Shown one piece after another: positions 47,496 to 60,010 of a stretch of DNA of 64,000 nucleotides. The DNA is from Orbicella franksi (taxonomy: Eukaryota). Location: the NCBI GenBank assembly GCA_964199315.1, contig OZ116699.1, positions 16,306,001 through 16,370,000 of the forward strand, given 5' to 3'. The position numbers and the translations under genes are program-made. Numbering within the stretch: the stretch's first letter is position 1; each line of letters opens with the position of its first letter. The notes under the pieces are model-generated. The model was given only the letters and a program-made list of their open reading frames with translations, made no database searches and was not told the origin of the DNA.

Positions 47496-50400
47496 CTGAA
47501 ACAAACACGTGAACAAGGAGTTAGATCTGGGCTGACCAAAGCAAACGTTTATTTCAATTTGAAATTTTCTATTGCATTGCAATAGTAGAACAGCTTTCAA
47601 CTGAGTGTCGTAAAACCAGTACCAAAATAATCACTGACTAATCACAAATTACACAGACAATCCAGACAATCCGATCTCAATCCAAATCTCAACACAAAGG
47701 CGAACGAGTCGCGATTGGTTTTGGTTTTACTCAGTCTGATTAAGTGACAACGTGCCAATCGCCTAGTTCTAACGAGGTAATGTAAACCGAAAGAAAATGC
47801 AAATTACCTAGGGAACTCACGTGAAAACGGCGCTATTAATTAACTCAAACTGTAAGCATAAAGTATGTCGTTAGAACATGGTAACAATAAACTTACTTTC
47901 TGATGAGCAGCCAGAGATGTCATGACGGTCATATTCACTGGCAAAGATGCTGTGATATTTTTACCACGTGTGTGAAGGGCCTGTATTGAGAAACGATAAT
48001 ACCGTAGATCAGGAGGAGTTAGGACGCAAAATACATCTTACTGTATTTCGTAATTGTATATTCTTCACTTGAAAAGGTAGTATTCCTAACTGGGCTTATC
48101 CAGCTATTTGACGGCATGTGGCCGCGCACTGACTAATGAAATAATCGAATCAGTAACCCCTGATGAATTAGAGCACGACATGATTCAGATAAACGGAAGC
48201 AGAACAAGCGTTTTGGGAGAAACTATAGCACTTTCTGCGTCAGGGAGAGACAGTAAATGGAGAGACATCAAATTTGATTTTGTGACAGAATATCAAAGAA
48301 TCAAAATTGATATTTTTGTGAAATTCTGATGTTTTAGTCATTACTGCTCTTCTTTCTTCTCCTATTACAACATAATAAAGCAAGTTTGTAGCAATTTCTC
48401 GGTCATACTTATAAAAAATACGATATATACCACCCAAGAAAATGCTCTACCTCGGCAGCGTGGAGAGTTTGTTTTATAACATTCGGCTCAGGAGAATCAC
48501 ATCATAACACTTACATAGTTGTCGATGTCTTTGATTCTATTTTCCAAATTCTGAAGCAATCCATTGAGTGTCTTCTTCAATGTGTGGCCAGAGATACTGC
48601 AGTGAAATTTTGACCGCTTTTCGCTCTCCACGACAACTTTCAATGGCTCCACAAAGTTCTTCAGTGCTGTTATGCACTGAACAGCACGCTGGCTAGTACT
48701 CTAGTGATAAATATAGCTAAATTGCATTAGTACACCTAACACCCAGTGAACAAGTCTTTTATTTCGCAACACTGGAAGCAGTATTTTCAGTCGTTAAAGC
48801 TTTTTAAACGTTTTGTATTTGCTCAGGTTTTCAGTGGCAGTATTGACTACCGACAAACTTATGGTTAATAGAGGTGAATGGTTATAAAAACCTGTTGAAT
48901 TGTATGTTTTTGTTCGCTTTTTCAGCCCACGTGCACAAAGCAACGTTTCGGTACCGTAGTATTATGCATAGTGTATGAGCGTAAAACAAGAGATTCGGCA
49001 TGGTCGTGGACCTTCCGACATAAATCTTGGCACCTTTGTTTGCTCCTTTGACGTTTGCCGGGCTTCATAACCATTCCCCTCTATTATCTATGATAAACCT
49101 AAACCTGAACGTTTTAACCTGTCAAACTGGACAAAAATGAAAGCAACTACGATTCTTCATTCTTTTCATCCCTGAATGATTTGAAGCAAATAAATAAACA
49201 TACACATCATGATTTTGTTTGGTTCTGTGAATAAAGGCTTTCTAGTTAGCTACCATTCAAAAAAATAGTGAACAGCACTGTCATGTGGTATAGGGGAACC
49301 TTTGTTTAAAATATGTGCCTCATTAGCATAAGATATTCAGTTTCTCATCAAGTTACCTTATCCGGCCACTCGCTGTAGTCGCTTGGAACAAGTTGTCCTA
49401 ACGCACGCCCAAGGGGACCTCCTCGGTGAGAATTACTAAATCCATGAGCTTTTTTCTATGAGAGAGAAAACAACTTTCTTAATGACAACAACAACATCAA
49501 TAAATCATCAAAAGATAACATGATATTTTTTTCAGTGTCATAGACACTAGGTGGAATTACTCATTAGGTAATTCAGGATGGCACACTAATAACCGCACGT
49601 ATATCGCACGTTTTGAGACATTTTACTACTCATAAATCTTTCTTAATAATGAAGGCGAGAGGTAGTATAATCAGGCAGAAGTGAATACTGTGTGCTTAAC
49701 AATTTGTAATGTAGCATTGAAATGACCTTAACCGGCAAAATTCGTTAAAAAGTTCCCTTTGTTTGTAATATTGCTCATGCTGAGATTTGTTTACAATATT
49801 AATGATCTTCTATCAGTAATCCATTGTTCGACATGATTAAGAGGTCCAATAATTTCCCCGACCCGTTGCGAACTCAAATAAAAATTATTCATACTTGATT
49901 GAGGTGAATATTTAAGCCATTTTTTTAAGCCAGTGGCTGGATTCTGATGCATGATGGATGAACAACGTAACTGCGCTTTAAGCTTGGACTAAACTTGCTT
50001 GAAGCAATAACAGAGCAAGCTAACATAACAGCTTTCAAAGTTGTTTCGAAACTGTTTAGTAATGACAGAGTAACACCAGAAATAACTACTTACGTAGCAT
50101 TCAAGTCCTTCATAAGTTGAGTCCTTGAGACAGTCAAACACTGGGTCATCCGGGACTTCACTCCCTTCACCAAAGGCCAAACCCGCGATGAACAAACTGG
50201 CCCAAATAAAGAATGTTTTACCTAAAAAGAGAAAGATAACCACACGAAATGAGCTTTTAATTAAAAAGTGAACAGTGTTCAGTGTTTACATATCATACCA
50301 AGTTTCTTTACCGTTGTGCCCTTTAGATTCCTAAATCCTGGTCACCTTAAGACTTTTTTATATAACATTTTATTAAAAGAAATTAAATAAGAAAAGACAT

Positions 50401-52980
50401 TTTTGAGGTGTTACATCAGTTCGTGCGAAAAAAAATAAACTTGTTCGTTAGAAAAGGTAATTAAAATAAGAAAGAAGTATGTTATAGTTCTAGCTGATAA
50501 TTTTCGTAAATAAAGAATGAAAGATAAGCTGAATAAGGAATCACGCAATAATTTAGGGCCAATTAAGAACGTTTAGGGAGTGATGACTTTAACAGCACCC
50601 CTCCCGCGGTCGATCCCGTCTCCTTATGATCCGCTTTCGTTAACATGTAAGTTAGGAGATTAGTGTTAATATATCATGTAAGGTGGACGCTTTTTCGGTT
50701 ACACAATGACCGCTTGTCTTGTTCGAAAGCAAAAGCTCTTTTCAAACAAGACTAATAACGATGACAGCTGACGTCACAGGCACAAATACCAACTTGGGTC
50801 TATTTAAAGTCTTTGCCAGTTCTTATTGCATGGTCGTTGAAAAAAAAGAAAAAGTTTACTTCCATTTAGTTTGGAGTGATGCGATGAAAATGAAAAAGAA
50901 CGGCCATTGATAATTTATATGGGTTCGGTTCCTTGTTTTTCCTTGTACCTAGATAACAACTACAGCCTCGTGTAAATTATTCTCTATTTAAAGTAAAAAT
51001 AGTTTGTGACGGTATTTTTTTTTTCAAAAAACACTCTTGCATGTAACGGAATGATCTCTAGGAAAACAATTTTTTATCTTTAGATTTAGATATTTTGTAC
51101 GATTTTTTTAATTCAAAGTTCTCTGTTTCAACATGTATATCTTACAGTTACGCCATTTAAAGGTATTTTTTATCTCACCCAATTTCAATTTAGGTGTATA
51201 ACGGGACAGATACTTGCATATTTTAAAATTTTAGTAGTTTCTGAATATTTAACAACGATGAAAATTGAATGCCTCGATCAAATAACGAGGATATTTTAAA
51301 CTGGTAGCAGAAATTATAGGACTTTCGGACCTGTCACGTCCACAGGCGTTGCATGGAAATCACAGTAAATAAGAACGAATTCAACTAAGTGAAATACATT
51401 GGACACATCGGACTCGAGTTCTCTACGCGAGTGCGTAAGAATCAACTCGACTACTGAGAAATTTGACCCATTCTTTTTGTTTCAAAAGGAGTTGAAGTAA
51501 GTCGGTTCAGCTAATTTAAGAGTTAATCATTGCTAACGTTCTTAGACCGAACAATCAGCTGAAATCTATTCCAAAATCTACGATAAAATTAAATTCTTAT
51601 CTTCAAGCCACCGTGTAATTTTTGATGTAAAGAACTTACGAAACTTCGTAACTTACAGATTTGCAGAGTACCGAGGAAAAATATTTGATAGAAACTTTGA
51701 ATGTTAGGAAATCTAATTTGTAATCGCCCCTTATTTATAACTAAGTCACGGTAAAAGAATCTGTTCTGCAATATATCTATGTTCTAACTGTTTAGAGTAT
51801 TTTCTGTCGTTATATGCTATGGTCACTTTTCACTTTGTCTTTCCAATCCTTTTCTCACGGTCGGATGAATGGACCCCGCTGGGTTAAATTTTAATTCTGA
51901 CAAGGTAGAAGAACAATGACGTACATGCCTTAGACGACGCCGCTAATAAAACAAGAATTTAATATTTACCTAAACATCTCGCATTTGTTCAATTTGTTTA
52001 TCGCTATTGTGGTCCAAATTATATGACACTGTGGCAAATAAATACACTGACAGGAACTGCACTGTGATGGTTCATGTTTTCCCTCTGATAAAAAGCAGCA
52101 TTTGGACATTTAACGGCGTTGTAGTTTTGAAGAAGACGACAAGAAATTTTTCAAGATATAGAGTGGAATCCCGATCTTTCGAACTTCCAAGGGGCTGAAG
52201 GAACATTGGTTTGAAAAATCGGATAGTTCGAGTAATCGAGAGTAAAATTACAATGTTCGACTGAGGAGAGGGCAACAAGTTTTGGTTCGAATTATCGGTG
52301 GGAGGTTCAAAAATCGAGGGTTCACGAAATCGCACGTTCTGAGACATTTTACTACTCATAAATCCTTCTTAGCTTAGCAACGTCCTCGGCAGAATTTGAC
52401 TTAAAATAAACCAAAGCAAACTTTGTTAACAAGGCTAAAATTGTTGTTCTTCCTCTGGAGATTGATAGTTTAAAGTAACCAAATTCGGTAAAAGTTGGGG
52501 CTCAAGGATAAAGGCGGGTTAGAACGCAATTTCTTATGTTTTAGGGAGCCAAATTATGATATCTTTAGCCAATTCAGTATTTCAATGACTGACACGGGTT
52601 TCTTAAAATCGAAGAAAATGTCGAAATGACATTTTTGGTACACTAAACAGCAAAGATTGTAAGCCCAACATGTCAAGGACAGCCAAGACAAATCACGGTT
52701 CTTGAAAGCTCTAAACTAGTTTCAGAAGACAAATGATCGGATTCTAAAGATCGATTTTCCCTTGGTCAAAAGGTGTAGTGAACCACGCTAACAACGTTTA
52801 AAAAGCTCACAATCAAGGTCTTTAAAAAAGGTCTGCGTTTAGAAATTCTGTCATTCATTACCTTAATTTGTATACTTCAGTAGCTTTTAGATACAGAAAT
52901 TCAGCTATCTTGGTGAAAATGGCTTCAACTTTTCATCGTTGGTGGAAAAAAATTATATTGTTACACTTACCTAATTTCAT
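47346..52980 (-). CDS. Secreted 218-aa protein, putative long-chain four-helix cytokine (LIF/CNTF-like, IL-6 family)
   Basis: complement(join(47346..47495,47897..47980,48515..48700,49357..49455,50094..50221,52971..52980)) = 657 nt, all GT-AG, phases 1,0,0,0,0. Protein: MKLGKTFFIWASLFIAGLAFGEGSEVPDDPVFDCLKDSTYEGLECYKKAHGFSNSHRGGPLGRALGQLVPSDYSEWPDKSTSQRAVQCITALKNFVEPLKVVVESEKRSKFHCSISGHTLKKTLNGLLQNLENRIKDIDNYALHTRGKNITASLPVNMTVMTSLAAHQKSARGISARKAVQLRNFVLLDYLDQVVYDIKDTPQSCFNTQVEIRHSCPI. Confidence in the gene model is about 0.85; the family call is less certain. Confidence 0.72.
47897..47980 (-). CDS. Cytokine-like gene exon 5 (CD loop, two N-glycosylation sequons)
   Basis: caatacag| acceptor, AAA|GTAAGT donor, 28 codons. 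Confidence 0.82.
48515..48700 (-). CDS. Cytokine-like gene exon 4 (helices B and C); not in ORF track
   Basis: tttatcactag| acceptor, TAT|GTAAGT donor, 62 codons with amphipathic periodicity. Confidence 0.82.
49357..49455 (-). CDS. Cytokine-like gene exon 3 (AB loop); not in ORF track
   Basis: ttttctctctcatag| acceptor, AAG|GTAACT donor, 33 codons. Confidence 0.8.
50094..50221 (-). CDS. Cytokine-like gene exon 2 (signal peptide, helix A)
   Basis: ttctctttttag| acceptor, TAC|GTAAGT donor. Confidence 0.85.
52971..52980 (-). CDS. Cytokine-like gene exon 1 (ATG AAA TTA G)
   Basis: aaccATG context, perfect G|GTAAGT donor, phase 1 matching exon 2. Confidence 0.75.
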
Positions 52981-53034
52981 GGTTGAATATCGACTGTCCC
53001 TTTGGAATAACGTTAGACGTGTCTCTCTTGAAAT

Positions 53035-53042
53035 CTTTATAT
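53035..53042 (-). promoter_or_regulatory. TATA box (TATAAAGA) of the cytokine-like gene
   Basis: About 55-60 nt upstream of the ATG, implying a 5'UTR of about 30 nt. Confidence 0.55.
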
Positions 53043-54237
53043 TCTTGTTTGTACCTCAAGTACTTATGTTCACTTAGAGTCTTCCTAAAGGACTGTGTGT
53101 CTCTTTTATGCATTTTGACGGCGGATGTCCTTCGCATTATTTTTTCCATGTACATTGTTGCAGGTGATTTCATCATAACTAAGTCATACTCTAAAAGAGC
53201 CTTTTTGGGAGTCGTTAGAGATGATCTTCCTCGTTTAAGTTCCAGGGGAAAGTCACTCAGTGGAAATTTTCCTGTTCCTACCGGTCACTACTGCTTTCTA
53301 ATCCGGCAGCGAGAATGCAATCATGCGAGGAACGGGATAACAAAGAGCAAGCCTGCGCTAAAAGTAGTTTCGGTTATGCAATGACGCATGGTGATTCCGG
53401 CTTGACTCAGATCAAGAAGTATTCCCGAATCTTGAAATCACCCATATTTTCTTAATTTGGGAGTTTTTTTTTAAAGATATTTGCTTGATATCTCGGTTAT
53501 GCTCGATTTTCAAGTGCAGTATGGTCTTGCGTGGGTGTTAGTCACAAAAATCAGAGCAACGCGGGTCCATTTTCTGGGTTATAATTTCAGTGTCGATTTT
53601 TTTAGTCCCTTAGTACTAGCAGGTTATTTTCACTTCAAAAGCTCAATAAGATACATCACCTTTAACGAGTTAAGCAAAAACGGACTGAGCAAACGGGAAA
53701 ACTGATTCGAAACCACTACGAAAATTAAAATTCTGTTTCTGTCATACGAAAGTGTCCACACCTAGGCCTCGATAACAAAAGCAGTTGTGAATGTCTGTTT
53801 CTAGATTTCAGATTTTGTTCACCAAGTTTAATGACAAAGAATTTCTCAATAACATATTGAAGGTTTTCCTGGTGAATTTGGCATTTTTAGTTCTTTCTAT
53901 ACTATTATGTTAAGAACATAAGTTGTCGGTTTATTCAGTAGTTCCCAGTTTATTCGTTCATTTTCCACTTCCCTGTTATAAACTCTCTTGTTCGAAACCC
54001 TCCAAATTTAGCAGAGCTTTAACAAAGGATTACCACAATTAAAATTAGTTCTAAAATGGTAGCTCAGTCATACAACAATTGATAACGTTCTCGCCCTTGA
54101 TGCAAACGTGAAATACGAAAGTTTTGGTCTCTTAGCTTGCATCTAAATTTAAACGATCACTAATTTATGCAAAGTACAGTAAAGGGTCTGTATTTTGCAA
54201 CGTTTCTTCTAAATATAACAAACGCTTACAAATATAA

Positions 54238-57200
54238 CAAACGCTTACAAAATGACTGTCTCTGAGTTTGTTTCTCAAGCTCTTGTTCAACTTCAAATGA
54301 TTAAACTGTATGTAACAATAAATTTAGCTGATGATTTGTGCCACATTTTTAGATTTCACAAAAAATGAAATTATTGAGCCATTGTGGTTGTAAGCATGCT
54401 CTCGCAATTGTGAAGCCCCTGGAGAATCTGTCTAGGACCCCCCACTGTGAGAAGGTAACATTTCCTGTGGGAGTTGACATCTTGAAGCGAGGTGCTGTCA
54501 ACTTTCAGATGCCATCTTTAAAGCACAATACTTTGTTAGAGAAGATAGTTCGCGGTGTTTTGGATCATTCTGTTACATGCACAAAACTGGTGTAATTTAA
54601 TTATTAAGTCGAATGAATCTTTTACCTTACGATGATGATTTGAAATTGTGTAAAACTGCAAAAGAGTCGTCAGGAAGTCGCGAAGGAAGACGGATAGTAC
54701 AGTAATTCTATCTGACTTCTGTTGGTTCTTCGGATTTCTTTTATGTTAAAAAGAGTTTTAAGTTTAGTCTAGTTTGTACGATAATGTGATCTACAACAGG
54801 GCTTGAAAATCCTACTTGTTTGATACGTAGCTATATGTGGTTCAAGTTTCAAGTTAGTTGCCTATGTCATTGCCTCTTTCATATTGAATGTCATCTCTAG
54901 ATCTCGACTGATTAAATAAAGACGATCAATGAATGACCTGTTTCACTGACATTTAATGAGTTTACTGCGCTTTAAATTAAAAAAAAAGATAGCTAACAAT
55001 CCCGGCGACAGTAGTCTTCCATTTCCGCAAAGAAGGAGGTCATCAGCAAACAAACTAGATATTAAAAATCAGTTCTTGACTCGAGCCTTACCCGGCGTAA
55101 TCATTTTAGTTAGTTAAATGATGTTAAACATTGTCTAAACAATCTTTCTGACGCTAAACAGAGCCGATACTGAAAGCGTGGGCAGGTCGATGACAACTTT
55201 TTAACAATCAAACATATATTTATTGTCACTCAACTCCCACGTTATGCTCTGTGTCACCATGGTAACGGACAGCGGGCACGATTTTGTGTGTAATGTAATG
55301 CTAAAAACACACACAAAAAAATTAGATTCTACTCAGTACTGGAGGTAATTCTTATTTTATGACTAGTTGTTTTTATGTTTAAAGAAAAAAGGATTCCCCT
55401 AGGAACGGAAGAAAGGGTTTTTTTTCGTCGAATTACGAGGAATTCAAGCATGTGAATTTTTCGGAATTTACGGCCCATTACCCTGGATTGTGCAACCAGG
55501 ACCCAAAGGAAATACTTTTAAAATTAAAATGGCTGGTAGGAAATTTCAACTGTTAAAATTTGTTCGTGCCAAAACGCATAGTCGTTAGCTGGGCATTAAT
55601 GGAGTGGAGAATCTCACTTCGTGAATGAGTGGCAAATAACCTGATGACGTCATCAAGAATTTAGGGTAGCAGAAGCTGCACTGTAAAGCTGCTAACCGGC
55701 TCGCGAGCTCAAAAACGTGGCTCATGTTTGTCCCTTTTCGTGATGTCATGTTCAACTTCTATAAGGTAAGCTGTTGCGTAATTACACGAGTGTTCAAACG
55801 CTTACAAAATAACGGTCTCTGAGTGTTTCTCAAGCTCTTGTTCAACTTCAAATGATTAAACTATATGTAACAATAAATTTAGCTGATGATTTGTGCCACA
55901 TTTTTAAATTTCACAAAAAATGAAATTATTAAGCCATTGTGGTTGTAAGCATGCTCTCGCAATTGTGAAGCCCCTAGAGAATCTGTCTAGGACCCCCCAC
56001 TGTGAGAAGGTAACATTTCCTGTGGGAGTTGACATCTTGAAGAGAGGTGCTGTCAGCTTTCAAATGCCATCTTTAAAGCACAATACTTTGTTAGAGAAGA
56101 TAGTTCGCGGTGTTTTGGACCATTCTGTTACATGCACAAAACTGGTGCAATTTAATCATTAAGTCGAATGAATCTTTTACCTTACAATGATGATTTGAAA
56201 TTGTGTAAAACTGCAAAAGAGTCGTCAGGAAGTCGCGAAGGAAGACGGATAGTACAGTAATTCTACCTGACTTCTGTTGGTTCTTCGGATTTCTATTATG
56301 CCAAAAAGAGTTTTAAGTTTAGTCTAGTTTGTACGATAATGTGATCTACAACAGGGCTTGAAAATCCTACTTGTTTGATACGTAGCTATATGTGGTTCAA
56401 GTTTCAAGTTAGTTGCCTATGTCATTGCCTCTTTCATATTGAATGTCATCTCTAGATCTCGACTGATTAAATAAGACGATCAATGAATGACCTGTTTCAC
56501 TGAAATTTAATGAGTTTACCGCGCTTTAAATTAAAAAAAAGATAGCTAACAATCCCGGCGACAGTAGTCTTCCATTTCCGCAAAGAAGGAGGTCATCAGC
56601 AAACAAACTAGATATTAACGATCAGTTCTTGACACAAACCTTACCCGACGTAATCCTTTTAGTTAGTTAAATGATGATAAACATTGTCTAAGCAATCTTT
56701 CTGACGCTAAACAGAGTCGATACTGAAAGCGTGGGCAGGTCGATGACAACTTTTTAACAATCAAACATATATTTATTGTCACTCAACTCCCACGTTATGC
56801 TCTGTGTCACCATGGTAACGGACAGCGGGCACGATTTTGTGTGTAATGTAATGCTGGAAACACACACAAAAAAATTAGATTCTACTCAGTACTGGAGGTA
56901 GTTCTTTTTTTATGACTATTTGTTTTTATGTTCAAAGAAAAAAGGATTCCCCTAGGAACGGAAGAAAGGGGTTTTTTTCTTCGAATTACGAGGAATTCAA
57001 GCATGTGAATTTCTCGGAATTTACGGCTCATTACCCTGGATTGTACAACCAGGACCCCAAGGAAATTCTTTCAAAATTAAAATGGCTGGAAGGAAATTTC
57101 AACTGTTAAAATTTGTTGGTGTCAAAACGTGCAGTCGTGAGCTGGGCATTAATGGTGTGAAGAATCTCATTTCGTGAATGAGTGGCAAATAACCTGATGA

Positions 57201-57340
57201 CGTCATCAAGAATTTAGGGTAGCAGAAGCTGCACTGTAAAGCTACTGACCGGCTCGCGAGCTCAAAAACGTGGCTCGTGTTTGTCCCTTTTCATGATGTC
57301 ATGTTCAACTTCTATAAGGTAAGCTGTTGTGTAATTACAC
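54238..57340. repeat. Tandem duplication, two copies of about 1.55 kb (54238..55787, 55795..57340)
   Basis: Colinear, high identity (about 95% by eye), non-coding. Confidence 0.93.
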
Positions 57341-59039
57341 TTTTTTAGCAGAGGGGAGCAATGGGTAATGCTTTGTTTCCGTCAATCGTGCAAATCCCCG
57401 TTGCATCATTGAAAGGGACTTGCCCAAGCCACAGTTAAGGCTCAATGACATTATGTCCCCACTAGACAGTGCTTCCTGCAACACACTTGCAAGGTGGGCT
57501 AGTTATTTGCTGCACAGGGCATAACATAATGCGGTTGTTGAACTATTTATAGTAGCCGGCTACTGCAAAAAGCTAGTGGGAGGTAAGCTTCATGCAACGT
57601 CAACTACAACACACATCATCGACTGTCATCAAAGAACATAGAAAACTATATGCAATTTCAGCTAAAGTCATTTAGATTTTAGATATCACAAACAATCGAA
57701 GCCACTGAGTATTTATTTGGAACCTCTCTTGACGAAGTTGAGAGTTTCAAACTGAACTGGAAACCTCGTAACTGTATCTGATAGATTGGTAGAAGTTTAA
57801 GTTCTCAGTAAATATAGACAGCATTTCTTGAGAAAATTTACTATTCTTCCAGGTAGCTTCTATTTGTGTACAAACAAGAAAGTTTAGAGAAAGAACTCGA
57901 GAACATTGACCTGCTAAGAAATCTTAAATATTTGATTGCAAGCAGTAGAGCGTAGGTCTTTCCAAGAATCCATGCACCATTTAACATTGAATCATTAAAA
58001 GTATTATTTAAATTTTTGATTCCTTAACACGCTTTATGAACTTTTCAAATTGTTTCAAAATATGAAATACTTGTTATGATGACATTAAAACATCTTATTC
58101 TAATGGTTTCAAAGTTGTCTTTTTTGCAGTACACGCGATTTAACCTCAAATAACGCGCATGCGTGAAAGCATTGACGCTTTTCCTAGAATGAACGCTTCA
58201 TTAACTAACAGTATGAAGAAACATGACCGGATGAAATTACGGAACTACTCAATACCCATATTTGCCTTCTTGTGCTATTAAATGAAATCTTAGTGTTGTT
58301 TGGAGGCTTTCTGATCTATCGATTCAGAAAACTGTGACACAAATCAACAGAAGCAACAGTAAATATCAAATCGTGGACAGCTAAGTATGTTTCATATTTT
58401 TGTTAGTTAAGGCAGTTATTTGATTTCGTTTACGAACTCTGTTTGTTCAATGAAATATGATTGTCTTGTCGCCGCGCACACGAAATTTTAACCGAGAAAA
58501 TAAGACTTTGTCTTTGTTCTTTGTAATCATTGCCAATTTCTTTCAAAAAGAATCAGTTGACCAAGCAAAAAACAAGACCAACTTATCCTGCAAACTAAAG
58601 GTAATTTAAGTTAAATTTAACAGATTTCATCAATCTGAAATAATTAAAGAAAAAGAACACAAAGAGAAGAGTACTGCACAAATTGAACGGCAAATGGAAA
58701 GAAAAATAATTGTTGTTGGAGACATTCAGTTCTTCTAATGTAATGTGTGGTGAATAAGAAAGGTAAGAAGACAATTCTAGTACTGAACACGTGAAGCAAA
58801 CAGACAATAAGTACGTGAACGAGGATGTCAGTTAGTAAGTCATCAAGTGATAAGAAAAGTGAACAAGAATGTAATTAAGTGAGTAATTTTGACTATAACT
58901 TTCACCAATTATGGTAATATCAAAGTTTATAGATAAGCATAACATGAAATTTTAGTTTAATAGATATTTCGTTTTATAGATGTATCAATTTTAGCAGTGC
59001 ACTTTGACTGAGTTAGCCGAAAGTAGAAGGATAGTGAGT

Positions 59040-60010
59040 GATATACCAGTCAGTAGGTGATAGCCAGTCAGTCAGTCAGTCAGTCAGTCAGCTAGTCAGT
59101 CACTCAGTCGGTCAATTCCTGTTGTTTAGTTGTTAACAGGTTGTTAGGGCTTTTTTTGGTCAGTTGGTTAATTGATTGTTTAGGAAGTTGTTTAGATAGT
59201 TGTTTGTTTGTTTCGTTGGTTGTTTGGTTGTTTGTTTGTTTGTTTGGTTAGTTGGTTAGTTGGTTAGTTGTTTGGTTGGTTGATTAGTTGGTTGGTTGGT
59301 TTGGGGTTGATTGGCTGGTTGCTGGGTTAGCTGTTTGGTTAGTTGGATGGGTGGATGGATAGTTGATTGTTTGGTTTGTTGCTTGATTTTCCTGTTGGTT
59401 GGCTGAATAATTGTTTGTTAGGTTAGCTACTCGGTTGGCTGCTTGGTTAGTAGGATGGATGAATAGTTCATTGTTTGGTTGGTTGCTTGGTTTTCCCAGT
59501 GTTTGTTGGTCAGATAGCTGTTTGTTAGGTTGGCTGGTTGGTTGCCTGCTTGGTTGGCTGGTTGGTTGGCTGTTTGGTTAGTTGGATGGATGAATAGTTG
59601 ATTGTCTGGTTGGTTGGTTGGTTTTCTTGTTCGTTGGTAGGTCAGTGGGTTTATTGGATGGTTGATTATTTGATTGTCTGACTAGTTAACTGACTTTTTG
59701 CCTGTATAGTTCATTGTTTAGGTAGCTGGTTGGTTGTTAGGTCGGTTTTGTTGTTTTTTTGGTTGTTTATTAGTTGGTTGGTTAGTTATTTGGGTTGGTT
59801 TGTATGTTATTTGATTTGTTGTTTGATTAGTTGTTTGATAAATTGATTCTTTGGCTAGTTAATCGTAGTTTGGTTGGCGTCAGTTGGTTGGACGATCGCG
59901 CGACTAGTTATATCAGTTGGCTGGTTGATTGGTTGATTGTTAGTTGGTTAGTTCATTGGTTGATTTGTTACTTAATTAGCTGGTTAGTTCGTTGGTAAGT
60001 TCGTTGGCTG
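59040..60010. repeat. Degenerate tetranucleotide microsatellite (GTCA / GTTG / GTTT)
   Basis: Direct inspection. Confidence 0.9.

Noticed and set aside
54365-54595. 76/80-aa ORF conserved in both 1.55-kb copies (also 55920)
   Set aside because: No recognisable domain or splice context; its conservation is explained by the recent duplication.
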